This document shows, piece by piece, positions 16,793 to 25,669 of a DNA stretch of 33,861 bases. Both the position numbers and the translations under genes were made by a program. Positions within the stretch are counted from its first letter, which is position 1; each line of letters starts with the position of its first letter. The stretch comes from a virus (Duplodnaviria > Caudoviricetes): the IMG/VR virus record IMGVR_UViG_3300038674_000868, positions 1-33,861 of that record; one strand, 5' to 3'. Below the pieces are notes generated by a model, which saw only the letters and a program-made list of their open reading frames with translations, was not told the origin of the DNA and ran no database searches.

Positions 16793-16850
16793 TGCAGGAC
16801 ACTCTCTATTCGGTCTATTTTTATTCCGTAAAGCTGTCATGGGATAATCC

Positions 16851-17684
16851 TCAAACCACCGCTTGTTCAAGGGTGGTTTTTTCTGTTGGCGGATTCACAT
16901 CATCAAATAACATGCTCTGCTCCGGCGTCTTTTGCCGGAGGTTGGAAGCCGGCCGCCGGTGGCTCGAAAAAGCGGACTGCCGGAACTGCCCCGACCTCTC
17001 GACCCTGGGTAGGTCGCGGGTCTCTCTTGACCCCTCGCCCGCATCAATCTGCCAAATCAAATCCGGATGTTTGGGATACCGGGTTGTCCACTGGACGGTA
17101 CTTTCACGCAGCAGTTCCTTGCGGCGTTTGTGACTGCACAAAAAGGTACAATACCGAAATTGTCTGCCGCGAACACGCTTGAGTTTCAATCCCCGCCAGA
17201 CTTCCTTGCTGCGACTTCCAAAGCGGGTAATCATCAATCGCGGATGGACCGGTTCATGGTCGCTAGTCAGGTAAATCTCGGTGGTGATAAAGCCGCCATA
17301 GAGCCAGTTGGCGGCCTGATAGACATAGCCGGGTTTTCCACGAATCCCATCAGCCCAGGTAAAAAGCACCTGTTTATCCGGCTGGTTATCTTTAAACCAC
17401 TGGACACAGCCTGCAATCATCTGGCTTTCGGTATTGCGAGGTAAATCATCCCGACAGCACATCCGGCACAATTCCCAGTAATCTTTGGTATCCAGTGACG
17501 GAAACAGTCTCTGTATGGTATGCCTTGGCCGTGTCCCCCATCCCCAGATGGCTATTCCAGCCAGACCCTGGCCGTCATAAAATCCCAGCGACACCATACA
17601 GTGCGGCGGGAAGATATCGCTGTAATGCCACTTTCGGCACAGATTCTTGGCGGCTTCTAAGGGAACAAGGGACACGGGAATCAT
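16851..17684 (-). CDS. Mom-like GNAT-fold DNA modification protein
   Basis: WHYS, WELCRM....PRNTES, TWAD...G..GYVYQAANW.Y.G motifs; ATGA-coupled to the MTase. Confidence 0.8.
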   Translation of the reverse strand: MIPVSLVPLEAAKNLCRKWHYSDIFPPHCMVSLGFYDGQGLAGIAIWGWGTRPRHTIQRLFPSLDTKDYWELCRMCCRDDLPRNTESQMIAGCVQWFKDNQPDKQVLFTWADGIRGKPGYVYQAANWLYGGFITTEIYLTSDHEPVHPRLMITRFGSRSKEVWRGLKLKRVRGRQFRYCTFLCSHKRRKELLRESTVQWTTRYPKHPDLIWQIDAGEGSRETRDLPRVERSGQFRQSAFSSHRRPASNLRQKTPEQSMLFDDVNPPTEKTTLEQAVV

Positions 17685-18976
17685 TCAGCTTTCTCCAGCA
17701 TAGCCTTTTTGCCGGTGAATTTCTCCCAGCGCTGCACAATGACGTCACAGTACGGCGGGTCCAGTTCCATCAGGAATGCCTTGCGGCCAGTCTGCTCGGC
17801 GGCGATGAGTGTCGAACCGCTGCCCCCAAAGAGGTCCAGCACGTTTTCACCGACCTGCGAGGAATACTGCATGGCCCGCACCGCCAGTTCCACCGGCTTT
17901 TCGGTTAAATGAATCATGCTTTGCGGATTGACCTTTTTGACACTCCAAACATCGGTAATGTTGGCCGGACCAAAGAACAGGTGTGCAGCGCCTTCCGACC
18001 AGCCGTAAAAACACCATTCGTGGTTACCCATAAAGTCTTTGCGGGTCAGGACGGGGTGCTCCTTGACCCAGATAATCATTTGCGAAAAATACAGTTCGCA
18101 TTCCTTCAGCACATTGGGGTAGTTGTAGATATTACTGTAGCCGCCCCAGATATAATAAGACCGGCCGGGTATCAGGACGCGTTTAATATTGCCGAACCAT
18201 GCCTGCAGGAGCTTGACAAACTCCTGGTCTGACACAAAGTCATTGGCCAGCGGCCGGTCTTTGGGGCGCATCTTGTCAGTGGTTTTGTGGGCCTTGCCCT
18301 GAATGGCTTCGTCCATCCCTTGCTGGCCGGTGTAGTTATCCGAGGCAGCCGCGGCCGCACGGGCGTTTTGACTGCGGGGTGCGACACAGACATTGTACGG
18401 AGGGTCGGTATTGACCAGATGAATCGGCTGGCCATTGAGCAGTTTATCCAAATCAGCGGCACTTCCGCTGTCACCGCACATCAGCCGGTGATTACCCAGT
18501 ATCCAGATGTCACCTCGTTTGGTCGTGGGTTCATCAGGCGGTAGCGGCACATCATCCGGGTCAGTCAAGCCGTCCTTGACCTCCTGTTCGAGGAGTTTGC
18601 CCAGTTCTTCCTGGTCAAATCCCAGCAGGTCGAGGTCAAATTCCATGCCCGCAAGGTCTTTGAGCTCAATCGGCAGCAATTCATAGTTCCAGTCGGCCAG
18701 CGTTGCGGTCTGGTTATCCGCGATGCGATAGGCTTTTATCTGGGCATCGGTCAAGTCTTTGGCAACATGGACGGGGACCTTTTCAAGGCCAAGTTTAACG
18801 GCCGCCTTGTAGCGGGTATGGCCGACGATAATAATGCCGTCTTTATCGACCACAATCGGCTGGCGGAAGCCAAATTCCTTCAAACTGGCCGCCACCGCAT
18901 CGACGGCCTTGTCGTTGATACGGGGATTGTTGTCATACGGGAAAATGGTGTCGATACTGCGAAGTTCTATACGCAT
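17681..18976 (-). CDS. ParB-N domain + N6A/N4C DNA methyltransferase
   Basis: Y.NNPR, FGFRQPIVVD, GHTR; HRLMCGDS, TDPPY, H.TEKP, DLFGGSGST, ELDPPYCDVI. Confidence 0.95.
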   Translation of the reverse strand: MRIELRSIDTIFPYDNNPRINDKAVDAVAASLKEFGFRQPIVVDKDGIIIVGHTRYKAAVKLGLEKVPVHVAKDLTDAQIKAYRIADNQTATLADWNYELLPIELKDLAGMEFDLDLLGFDQEELGKLLEQEVKDGLTDPDDVPLPPDEPTTKRGDIWILGNHRLMCGDSGSAADLDKLLNGQPIHLVNTDPPYNVCVAPRSQNARAAAAASDNYTGQQGMDEAIQGKAHKTTDKMRPKDRPLANDFVSDQEFVKLLQAWFGNIKRVLIPGRSYYIWGGYSNIYNYPNVLKECELYFSQMIIWVKEHPVLTRKDFMGNHEWCFYGWSEGAAHLFFGPANITDVWSVKKVNPQSMIHLTEKPVELAVRAMQYSSQVGENVLDLFGGSGSTLIAAEQTGRKAFLMELDPPYCDVIVQRWEKFTGKKAMLEKAE

Positions 18977-19023
18977 AAGCTGTTCTCCAAAAATAATTTA
19001 CACGGCAAACAAGTCTGTCTTAT

Positions 19024-19178
19024 TTTGCGACCGTTCCGCGTGCGGTCTTCTTTCATTTGCCGCCGGAAGGAACCATTGAATTACACCAAACCGCCCACGT
19101 TGCGACAGGTTGCGAGAGGTGCGATTGTTGCGATCCCTCCTAAGCCAGAATCCACTCTTCGAACCTGCGCCAACGTGG
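19024..19178 (-). other. Putative cos/packaging region
   Basis: GGTTCCTTCCGG...CGCGGAACGGTCGC resembles lambda cosQ-cosN flanks; adjacent GTTGCGA repeats and long imperfect inverted repeat. Confidence 0.55.
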
Positions 19179-19195
19179 TGCGTTCAGTATCCATG

Positions 19196-19831
19196 CTAAC
19201 TTGCTCCAACTGCACTGCGTGCCTGTCCGATGTTTTGATATAACTGCGTTTCGATGGCCTTGACTTCGGGATTGGTTGACTGCGAGACTTGCTTCATGGT
19301 TAACTCCACGCCCTGCTTGTGGGCATCGTACTTGGCTTGCGCTTCGGCTGCGGCCTGAGCATTCCTGCGAGCGATAACGGTTGCCGCAGCGGCAGCGATT
19401 CCAAGACCCAAGTCAATCAAAGGAGCATACGGATTCCAGGGAGTTGTTGCCGCATTGGCTGCTCGTGCTCCTTCCAGGGCAGTCGTCACTCCATCTGCAG
19501 GGTTGGTATACTGTGCATTTTTGACCGCTACTGCGATGGCTTGGGGTTTTGCCTGGACCGAGTCGATACTGGTTTGGAGTTTTTCGACCTTGGCCAGGGC
19601 GTTGGCATCGACTGTTCCGTTTTGCTTGGTTGACTGCAGAGCCAGTTTGGTCTGCTCCTGAAACTGGTCAATCTTGCCGTTTAACTGCTCGGTCTGAGTT
19701 GCCAAATTCTGAATCTGGACAGGGTCGATACTGACTCCCTCACAACCGCCCATCCATACAGCCATCATCATGACCAAAACAATCACTGCCACGACCATTT
19801 CCCACCCGATAACTTGCTTTGACGTTTTCAT
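19196..19831 (-). CDS. Predicted lipoprotein with coiled coil and internal hydrophobic helix (211 aa)
   Basis: AGGAG RBS; hydrophobic signal ending MGG-C30; PLIDLGLGIAAAAATVIA segment. Confidence 0.75.
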   Translation of the reverse strand: MKTSKQVIGWEMVVAVIVLVMMMAVWMGGCEGVSIDPVQIQNLATQTEQLNGKIDQFQEQTKLALQSTKQNGTVDANALAKVEKLQTSIDSVQAKPQAIAVAVKNAQYTNPADGVTTALEGARAANAATTPWNPYAPLIDLGLGIAAAAATVIARRNAQAAAEAQAKYDAHKQGVELTMKQVSQSTNPEVKAIETQLYQNIGQARSAVGAS

Positions 19832-19889
19832 ATTCGTACTCCTAAAAAAAGGTTATTAAAAACCGACAACACGTCGGTATTTTCGATGG

Positions 19890-20110
19890 ATGACTTTTTG
19901 ACTTTTTGCGAACCCCTCACGCGTACGCGCGCATACACGTCGCGTGTGGGGTATAGTGCAAAAAGTTAAAAAGTTGTTTTTTTGTATATAAGTTATTATT
20001 TTTCATAGATTTATCTCTCGATACTTTTTGACTACTTTTTGACTTTTTGCGCGCCGATTTACATTTTTTTGAACTTTTTGCTGCAGAGTCGGCGCGCAAA
20101 AAGTTTCAAA
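19890..20110. repeat. Putative replication origin: ACTTTTTG repeats in two inverted arrays around an AT-rich core
   Basis: IR 19893-19909/19958-19974 (16/17); perfect 16-bp IR 20042-20057/20089-20104; directly downstream of the primase gene. Confidence 0.7.
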
Positions 20111-20123
20111 ATGACAAAATGTT

Positions 20124-22232
20124 TCAGTGACCTGTCAGCCGATACACCCGCTGCTGCCTTCCACCTGTCGTATTATTGGCAAAGTCGATAAGACGTTGAT
20201 TTTCCAGCGTCATACGCACTTCCTCATGTTCTCGCTCCGACCAGGGTAATTTGCGGCTGATTTGCCAAAATGGCATCCATGCCGGACCATGTTTTTCCTT
20301 CCATTTGCGAAGCAGGCTGAGCAGTTTTTTGCACCTACCGTGGAATTCACTCTCACAGGAATGCTCCGATGCCATAAATAACGAACGTCGCGTCTGATGC
20401 TCCATGAGTGCTCCGGCCCACTTGGCCGCTGCTTCATTGATTTGGGGGTTCCGGTGGTCCACACTCATGGCATAGATAAGCGCTAATTTGCAGACATTCT
20501 CACACACACGCCCCCAGACTGTTGTGCCTATCGGATCATTCCTATCTTCTGCCTTGGAATATTCTGCTTCAGAATTTATTCGTATTTCGTCGATGAGTTT
20601 TTCCGCTTGCGATGTTTGCGGTATTATCAGAGGCACTGGATGCCAGTTGGATAAATTTCCTTCACCCGGTTTGAGTTCTGCCCAGTATTTGGCTATTTCA
20701 AGGATTCGATGCGGCACTTTAAGTATCTTGGCCCGCTTACCTTTTTCGCGTTTGCCGGTATCGAGGATTATCATGCGGGCAAAAAGACCGTTAGTCAGCA
20801 TCCGCTGCGACAATGCCTCATAATAATTATTGGGAATCGCAGTGCCAAACACAGTCAAACTGGGCTGGTCAATGAATCTGGGGGCATCTTTACCCGCTTT
20901 TTTTCGCATCGGATAAAAGGAAGCGCTGCTGGAGAACAGCGTCAACAGTGTTCCCATCATACTTTCATTCTTTCCATCCACGCTTTTTCGAATCGATTGC
21001 AGGATGGTATCAATCTCATCGGTCTGAAATAACATGGCCGGCTCGATAAATAGTGCATCCTGAATACCTTCACCGGATGCAAACTTATCACCGACGCAAT
21101 TACCCATCCCAATTTGCCACAGAATGTGGGTATTCAATTTACGGGGGGAATCCTTGCCCGCCGATGAATGCGCCAGTCCCAGCAAGTAGAGATTCGTGCG
21201 AACATCCCCCGGGTCACGGACTTTGCGTGCCCCCAGTAACGATAGCAATGAAACGGCCCCACAGAACGACAGAACCTGGTTGGGATACGGTGCATACTCC
21301 ATGCAGTAATCCATCAACTCACTGATAAAACCGGGGATACGCAGTAATTCCAGCGGAACCTGGTCTGGCTGGGCAACATCTACCTCTGCTGAATCATCAA
21401 TCTGCCCCAACAGGATTTCATCTGATTTATCCTCGACACAGATAACCGTCGCCGCATCCGGCTCGTAGCGGGATATGCTTTTAACAATAGCCTGGATTTC
21501 CTGCGCCGACAGCGGTGGTTTACAGCGCAGGGTGTTGATTTCCATCAATGCTGCTACCATAGCCGAACTGGGGATTGCGGCCCGCTGCATGTATCCGGCA
21601 ATCGAGGCCAGCGTCTTGTTACGCTTCCCCTCCAAGATAGAATCGCTACCAGGTTCGCGCCACGTTGGGCCAGGTTGGGCAATTTCGTCGGTGTTGGACA
21701 ATAAGCGGCTAAGCCAATCCGGCAGTTCAACCGGCGTAACCTCGGCAATATCGCTGGACAATTCCCACCCGTAAGATTTGCCGCTGGGGTGGACGCTGGG
21801 CGGCAGAACAACGTAGCCGCCGTCCGCCTTGACGTCCACGCCATGTGCGATTTTGCTCTGACTGCATTTGATGGCATAGCCAGGATGCTTAAAAAACAAA
21901 TGCATGCCGTTTCCGGTAAAACTTTGTGCTGTATGCGGGAGCGGACCCTGTTCACCAAGAAGCCCTTGCCATCCATACTGGCCGTTATTTTTGATATCGA
22001 TATCGATGACGACCAAACCGCTGGCAGCGCCAGTGGGCATACCAATATTGGCATCGGGCCACTTAAGCCACCATTGACGAATCGTCGCAACATCGGTCGT
22101 AGCATCTTTAAAGCCATGTTCCGTGAGCGGTTTTTTATCTTTGGGGATAATCGGAAATACGGGCAACTGCATTCCCGCATATTTCAAAGCATAAGTCAGC
22201 ATGTTCTCAGCCATTGCATTTCCCTCCATCAA
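20124..22232 (-). CDS. Bifunctional primase/polymerase (Prim-Pol + PriCT + DUF3987-like helicase domain)
   Basis: VFP..P..KKP...HGFKDATTD, ANIG, VIDID, G.HLFF, GYVVLPPS.H, EG.RN; P-loop-like AHSSAGKD and TDEI. Confidence 0.92.
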   Translation of the reverse strand: MMEGNAMAENMLTYALKYAGMQLPVFPIIPKDKKPLTEHGFKDATTDVATIRQWWLKWPDANIGMPTGAASGLVVIDIDIKNNGQYGWQGLLGEQGPLPHTAQSFTGNGMHLFFKHPGYAIKCSQSKIAHGVDVKADGGYVVLPPSVHPSGKSYGWELSSDIAEVTPVELPDWLSRLLSNTDEIAQPGPTWREPGSDSILEGKRNKTLASIAGYMQRAAIPSSAMVAALMEINTLRCKPPLSAQEIQAIVKSISRYEPDAATVICVEDKSDEILLGQIDDSAEVDVAQPDQVPLELLRIPGFISELMDYCMEYAPYPNQVLSFCGAVSLLSLLGARKVRDPGDVRTNLYLLGLAHSSAGKDSPRKLNTHILWQIGMGNCVGDKFASGEGIQDALFIEPAMLFQTDEIDTILQSIRKSVDGKNESMMGTLLTLFSSSASFYPMRKKAGKDAPRFIDQPSLTVFGTAIPNNYYEALSQRMLTNGLFARMIILDTGKREKGKRAKILKVPHRILEIAKYWAELKPGEGNLSNWHPVPLIIPQTSQAEKLIDEIRINSEAEYSKAEDRNDPIGTTVWGRVCENVCKLALIYAMSVDHRNPQINEAAAKWAGALMEHQTRRSLFMASEHSCESEFHGRCKKLLSLLRKWKEKHGPAWMPFWQISRKLPWSEREHEEVRMTLENQRLIDFANNTTGGRQQRVYRLTGH

Positions 22233-23905
22233 AATGGAATTTCATCTTCTGCAGGGACATACTCCGGCAATGACTTATTGAATGACCATTCTTCGACCTG
22301 GGGATTCTCAAACTCATAGCCGGTTATCTGGGGAAATTTATCGCCGGAGACACTGCGGACGGTTATCTGAATGGGTTCTTTGAGCCGTTTCTGCTGGGCA
22401 AAAAAAACCGCCATTTCGGAATCTTGCGGTACTGGGTCATTGGACCGCTGTCTCCACCAACCTTCCGCTTTGATGCGGGCAAAACCGCTGTGCTCAAAAC
22501 AGACCCATTCGGGGATATAGGTGTCAAGCCCGACCTTGTATTGAACCCGCATGGTCCTGGGTGTGTCGGCCGAGGCGCCTCGTTTGGTATGGACGTTATA
22601 AAGCACTTCCTGGACATCGTATTCTTCGATGCTGACCTGACCGGACAGTACATCTTCAGCACTGGCCGTGGTGTCATGTTTTGTTTTTTCAGGCGGCGGG
22701 AATTCAAAACCGCATACTGGACATCGGGCATAGGCGGCATGAATAACTTCACGGCAATCGGGACACTCTTTGGCGGGAGCATCCCCATCGCCTTTGACTG
22801 ACACGTCGGTGATCCGTAAGCAATCGATGGGACCATGACGAAGAATATTTCCACCAAAATCGAGTACAAGACAATCGGTTTTACTTTCATGAAGTCGAAA
22901 TCCTCTCCCTACCATCTGGTAGTAAAGACCTGGCGACATCGTCGGTCGCAACAAGGCAATGCAATCGATATTCGGGGCGTCAAAGCCCGTAGTCAGGACA
23001 TTGACATTGCACAGATATTTGAGTTTTCCGGTTCTAAAATCCTCAATCATCTTCTTGCGCCAGCCATCGGGACTGTCGCCGGATACAAATCCGCATTCGA
23101 CATGATGCTCTTGTTCCAATATCTGCTGGATATGTTTACCATGTGCAATACCGGAAGCAAAAATGAGCACCGCTTTGCGGTCCTGGGTATATTCCAATAT
23201 CTCGGTGCAGGCTGCTTTGACACGAGCGTCGGTATCCATCAGTTCTTCCATTTCAGCAGCGATAAATTCACCACCACGAACATGGAGCACACTGGTATCA
23301 ATGCGGGCCTTGGATGCCTTGGAACGCAAGGGACATAAATACCCATCGCGGATCAGTTCCTTGATGCCGACTTCATAACAGATGCTGTTGAGAAAATGGT
23401 CCGGCTGACATATCAAGCCCGTAGTCATTCTAAACGGTGTCGCAGTAAGCCCAATAACACGCAGCTTGGGATTGACGATATGAGCCTCACTCAGAAACGT
23501 CCGGTACATCCCGTCGCCTTCCGGCGGAATCATGTGCGATTCGTCGATAATGACAATATCGAACGGTTCCATGTCCAATGCACGCCGATATATCGACTGT
23601 ATTCCGGCAACAATGACTGGATGTTGGGTGTCTTTTCGTTTTAATCCAGCGGAATAAACTCCAAGACTCAGCTCGGGCGCCATCCTGGAAAGGGTATCTG
23701 CGGTCTGTTCAAGCAATTCCTTGACATGAGCCAGGATAAGCACCCGACCGTTCCACAAATTAACAGCATCATGACAGAGTGTCGCCATCACGGGCGTCTT
23801 GCCGCCTCCCGTGGGAATGACAACCACCGGATTATCGTCATGATTTCGCAGGTGTTGATAAACCGCCTCAACAGCTGTTTTTTGATATGGACGAAGTTCT
23901 ATCAC
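22229..23905 (-). CDS. SF2 DExH helicase (RadD/YejH-like) with zinc finger
   Basis: LRPYQ, PTGGGKT, DESH, TATP, LTTGFD, QMVGRG.R, CPDC...CPVC. Confidence 0.95.
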   Translation of the reverse strand: MIELRPYQKTAVEAVYQHLRNHDDNPVVVIPTGGGKTPVMATLCHDAVNLWNGRVLILAHVKELLEQTADTLSRMAPELSLGVYSAGLKRKDTQHPVIVAGIQSIYRRALDMEPFDIVIIDESHMIPPEGDGMYRTFLSEAHIVNPKLRVIGLTATPFRMTTGLICQPDHFLNSICYEVGIKELIRDGYLCPLRSKASKARIDTSVLHVRGGEFIAAEMEELMDTDARVKAACTEILEYTQDRKAVLIFASGIAHGKHIQQILEQEHHVECGFVSGDSPDGWRKKMIEDFRTGKLKYLCNVNVLTTGFDAPNIDCIALLRPTMSPGLYYQMVGRGFRLHESKTDCLVLDFGGNILRHGPIDCLRITDVSVKGDGDAPAKECPDCREVIHAAYARCPVCGFEFPPPEKTKHDTTASAEDVLSGQVSIEEYDVQEVLYNVHTKRGASADTPRTMRVQYKVGLDTYIPEWVCFEHSGFARIKAEGWWRQRSNDPVPQDSEMAVFFAQQKRLKEPIQITVRSVSGDKFPQITGYEFENPQVEEWSFNKSLPEYVPAEDEIPF

Positions 23906-24254
23906 GCATGCTCCGTATGATGACTATGGTTTTGCCGCCCTGGATGGATTCCCCCATCACGGTTGTCAGATGTTTGATTTGGCAGTCGTTAAAAAACGCT
24001 CGGCCTTTTTCCAACGCATCCAATAGCGGCTTTTGAATGTTATCAATATCCCGCTTACGCCTGTCCGGCGGGTATGCTCTGACCTTGACTGCGAGCATAC
24101 CCGCCATCGGGCGAACTTTGGCTGCCGTAAGGACTCGGCATACCTGACTTCGGAATGACAGCCCTTCAGAACTGATAAACGTCCTGTTTCCACGCCGCTT
24201 AAAATAGTGATTGATACTCGGCGGATACGGCAGCTCTAATTTCAGCGTTTCCAG
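23868..24254 (-). CDS. rusA: RusA family Holliday junction resolvase (probable CTG start, 128 aa)
   Basis: LELPYPPSINHY N-terminus in frame upstream of the listed ATG; PPDRRKRDIDN..K.LLDAL. Confidence 0.85.
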   Translation of the reverse strand: METLKLELPYPPSINHYFKRRGNRTFISSEGLSFRSQVCRVLTAAKVRPMAGMLAVKVRAYPPDRRKRDIDNIQKPLLDALEKGRAFFNDCQIKHLTTVMGESIQGGKTIVIIRSMRDRTSSISKNSC

Positions 24255-24694
24255 GGCGCCACACCTTTCGGTGCGCCAGCAGCTTGCGATGACGGTGTTT
24301 CCCGCTTGCTGTAGCCTTTGATTTCATTGGCCATTTCACCGTTGTCTTTGCGTTTCTTGAGCTTGACATTGATTACCAGGGGCAAATTGTGCAATTCAAC
24401 ACTGTCTTTAGGCGTCATGATTCCCACCGCCTTGCAGATAGCACTCAGCTGGCTTCTGGCGATTTTGACCGTCAGTTCATTTTTGTTCTCCAGGCACAGG
24501 CGCGCCCACAAATTCTGGCCCTTGTATTCGCCTTCGATGATTTGAAATGTCAGTTCCAGATAGTTGCCATTGCCGTCCTTGGTAGCTTTCATTTCCGAAT
24601 TGGTGATGACCGCGATGTATTTTCCCGCAGGAATGGGGTCGAAATCGGACGCGGATTCAACGGTATTGGCATCAAAATTATTCAAATTAGCCAT
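24242..24694 (-). CDS. DUF669 family protein (putative ssDNA-binding)
   Basis: AGGAG RBS, ATG 24694; PIPAGKY, G.YL.LTF.I..G, NEIKGY, C-terminal PW. Confidence 0.85.
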   Translation of the reverse strand: MANLNNFDANTVESASDFDPIPAGKYIAVITNSEMKATKDGNGNYLELTFQIIEGEYKGQNLWARLCLENKNELTVKIARSQLSAICKAVGIMTPKDSVELHNLPLVINVKLKKRKDNGEMANEIKGYSKRETPSSQAAGAPKGVAPWKR

Positions 24695-25481
24695 GTATAT
24701 TCTCCTGATTGGAAGGGGTTCCATTGTTGTTATGGAGAGCGTTGACAAACGCATCCCACGATAAGGTCATTTCATACGGCAGATTGTAACGGTTCTTGGC
24801 AACACAGGATGGACCGCCGACGGTTCGAATAATCCGTTCTCCACCATCTTTCCCAAGCCCGACTGCAATCGTGCGTTCCCGGCCAAAACCGACATCTTCA
24901 CTCTCGGTGCGGAATTTCCGCGTGGCAAACAATACCGCATCGCTCCATTCGGTCAAAAGAGCAGTCGCATGCTTATGCAGACGCGGAGCGTAGCGGTCGT
25001 AAGCACTGGATTCCGGGTCTTCAAAACGCTCGACCTTGGTATGGGCAATCAAGATGACCGCCATATTCCGCTGCGTGCGTAACGCTTCAAGGGCGTCACA
25101 GAATTGCCGCCAATAGCCCAGGGCTGCTGTGTAACCCTTGCCGTAGCCGCCGTCGACTTTCTCAATCGTCGAGACATGTGAGATTTGGCACAAAACGTCC
25201 CAGATGAGCTGCTCGAGCCAATCGCAGCTGTCAATCACGACGGTCTGATATTCATGCGGCTCCATCGCCAGGGCCGACAGATACGTTTCGACATCGGTGA
25301 ATTTCTTGGCCAATGGAAATGAGGCACAGTTGATTTCACCCAGGCCATCCTCGGTCGAAATAAAAATGGGATTGGGCGCCTGTGCAGCAAACGTACTCTT
25401 GCCGATACCCTCTGTCCCGTAAAGTAGAATACGCGGTGGTGTGGATCGCTTTCCGATGTGTACTTGTTCCAATACGTTCAT
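24687..25481 (-). CDS. AAA_24 / Sak4-like ATPase
   Basis: YGTEGIGKST, TVVIDS, GYGKGY, AKNR; paired with DUF669; start at 25481 with GAGG RBS. Confidence 0.88.
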   Translation of the reverse strand: MNVLEQVHIGKRSTPPRILLYGTEGIGKSTFAAQAPNPIFISTEDGLGEINCASFPLAKKFTDVETYLSALAMEPHEYQTVVIDSCDWLEQLIWDVLCQISHVSTIEKVDGGYGKGYTAALGYWRQFCDALEALRTQRNMAVILIAHTKVERFEDPESSAYDRYAPRLHKHATALLTEWSDAVLFATRKFRTESEDVGFGRERTIAVGLGKDGGERIIRTVGGPSCVAKNRYNLPYEMTLSWDAFVNALHNNNGTPSNQENIHG

Positions 25482-25627
25482 AATTATCCTCAAATAAAGT
25501 TTCTGTTAATGGTTTTGTTCCAAAAATAGCCGGCCAGCTAAAAGCAGGTGCCGGTTTAAACCGGCCCTGCCTGAAGAGTCCGCACGTCACATGTATTGCC
25601 GAACTGATCGAAGAGAGATGTGTCCCT

Positions 25628-25669
25628 CTCTATAGGTTATTTATTAGCACAAGGGGCTAATTTGTTGCG
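25628..25669 (-). promoter_or_regulatory. Putative phage-sigma promoter of the replication operon
   Basis: CGCAAC-N15-GCTAATAAATAACCTATAGAG; second copy of the motif at 11854. Confidence 0.75.

Larger units (their letters stand above)
14696..16840 (-). other. 714-codon antisense ORF spanning the inverted island (translation unproven)
   Basis: TGAGG RBS and ATG at 16840; stop overlaps the next ATG (ATGA); no stop across six + strand genes. Confidence 0.45.

Noticed and set aside
19890-20110. Possible CRISPR array or 60-aa ORF (19917-20099)
   Set aside because: Repeats are 8-mers in both orientations without regular spacers; no cas genes; the ORF is translated repeat sequence
21554-22180. 208-aa alternative-frame ORF inside the primase gene
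   Set aside because: No RBS or recognisable motif; Arg/Ser/Pro-rich off-frame composition
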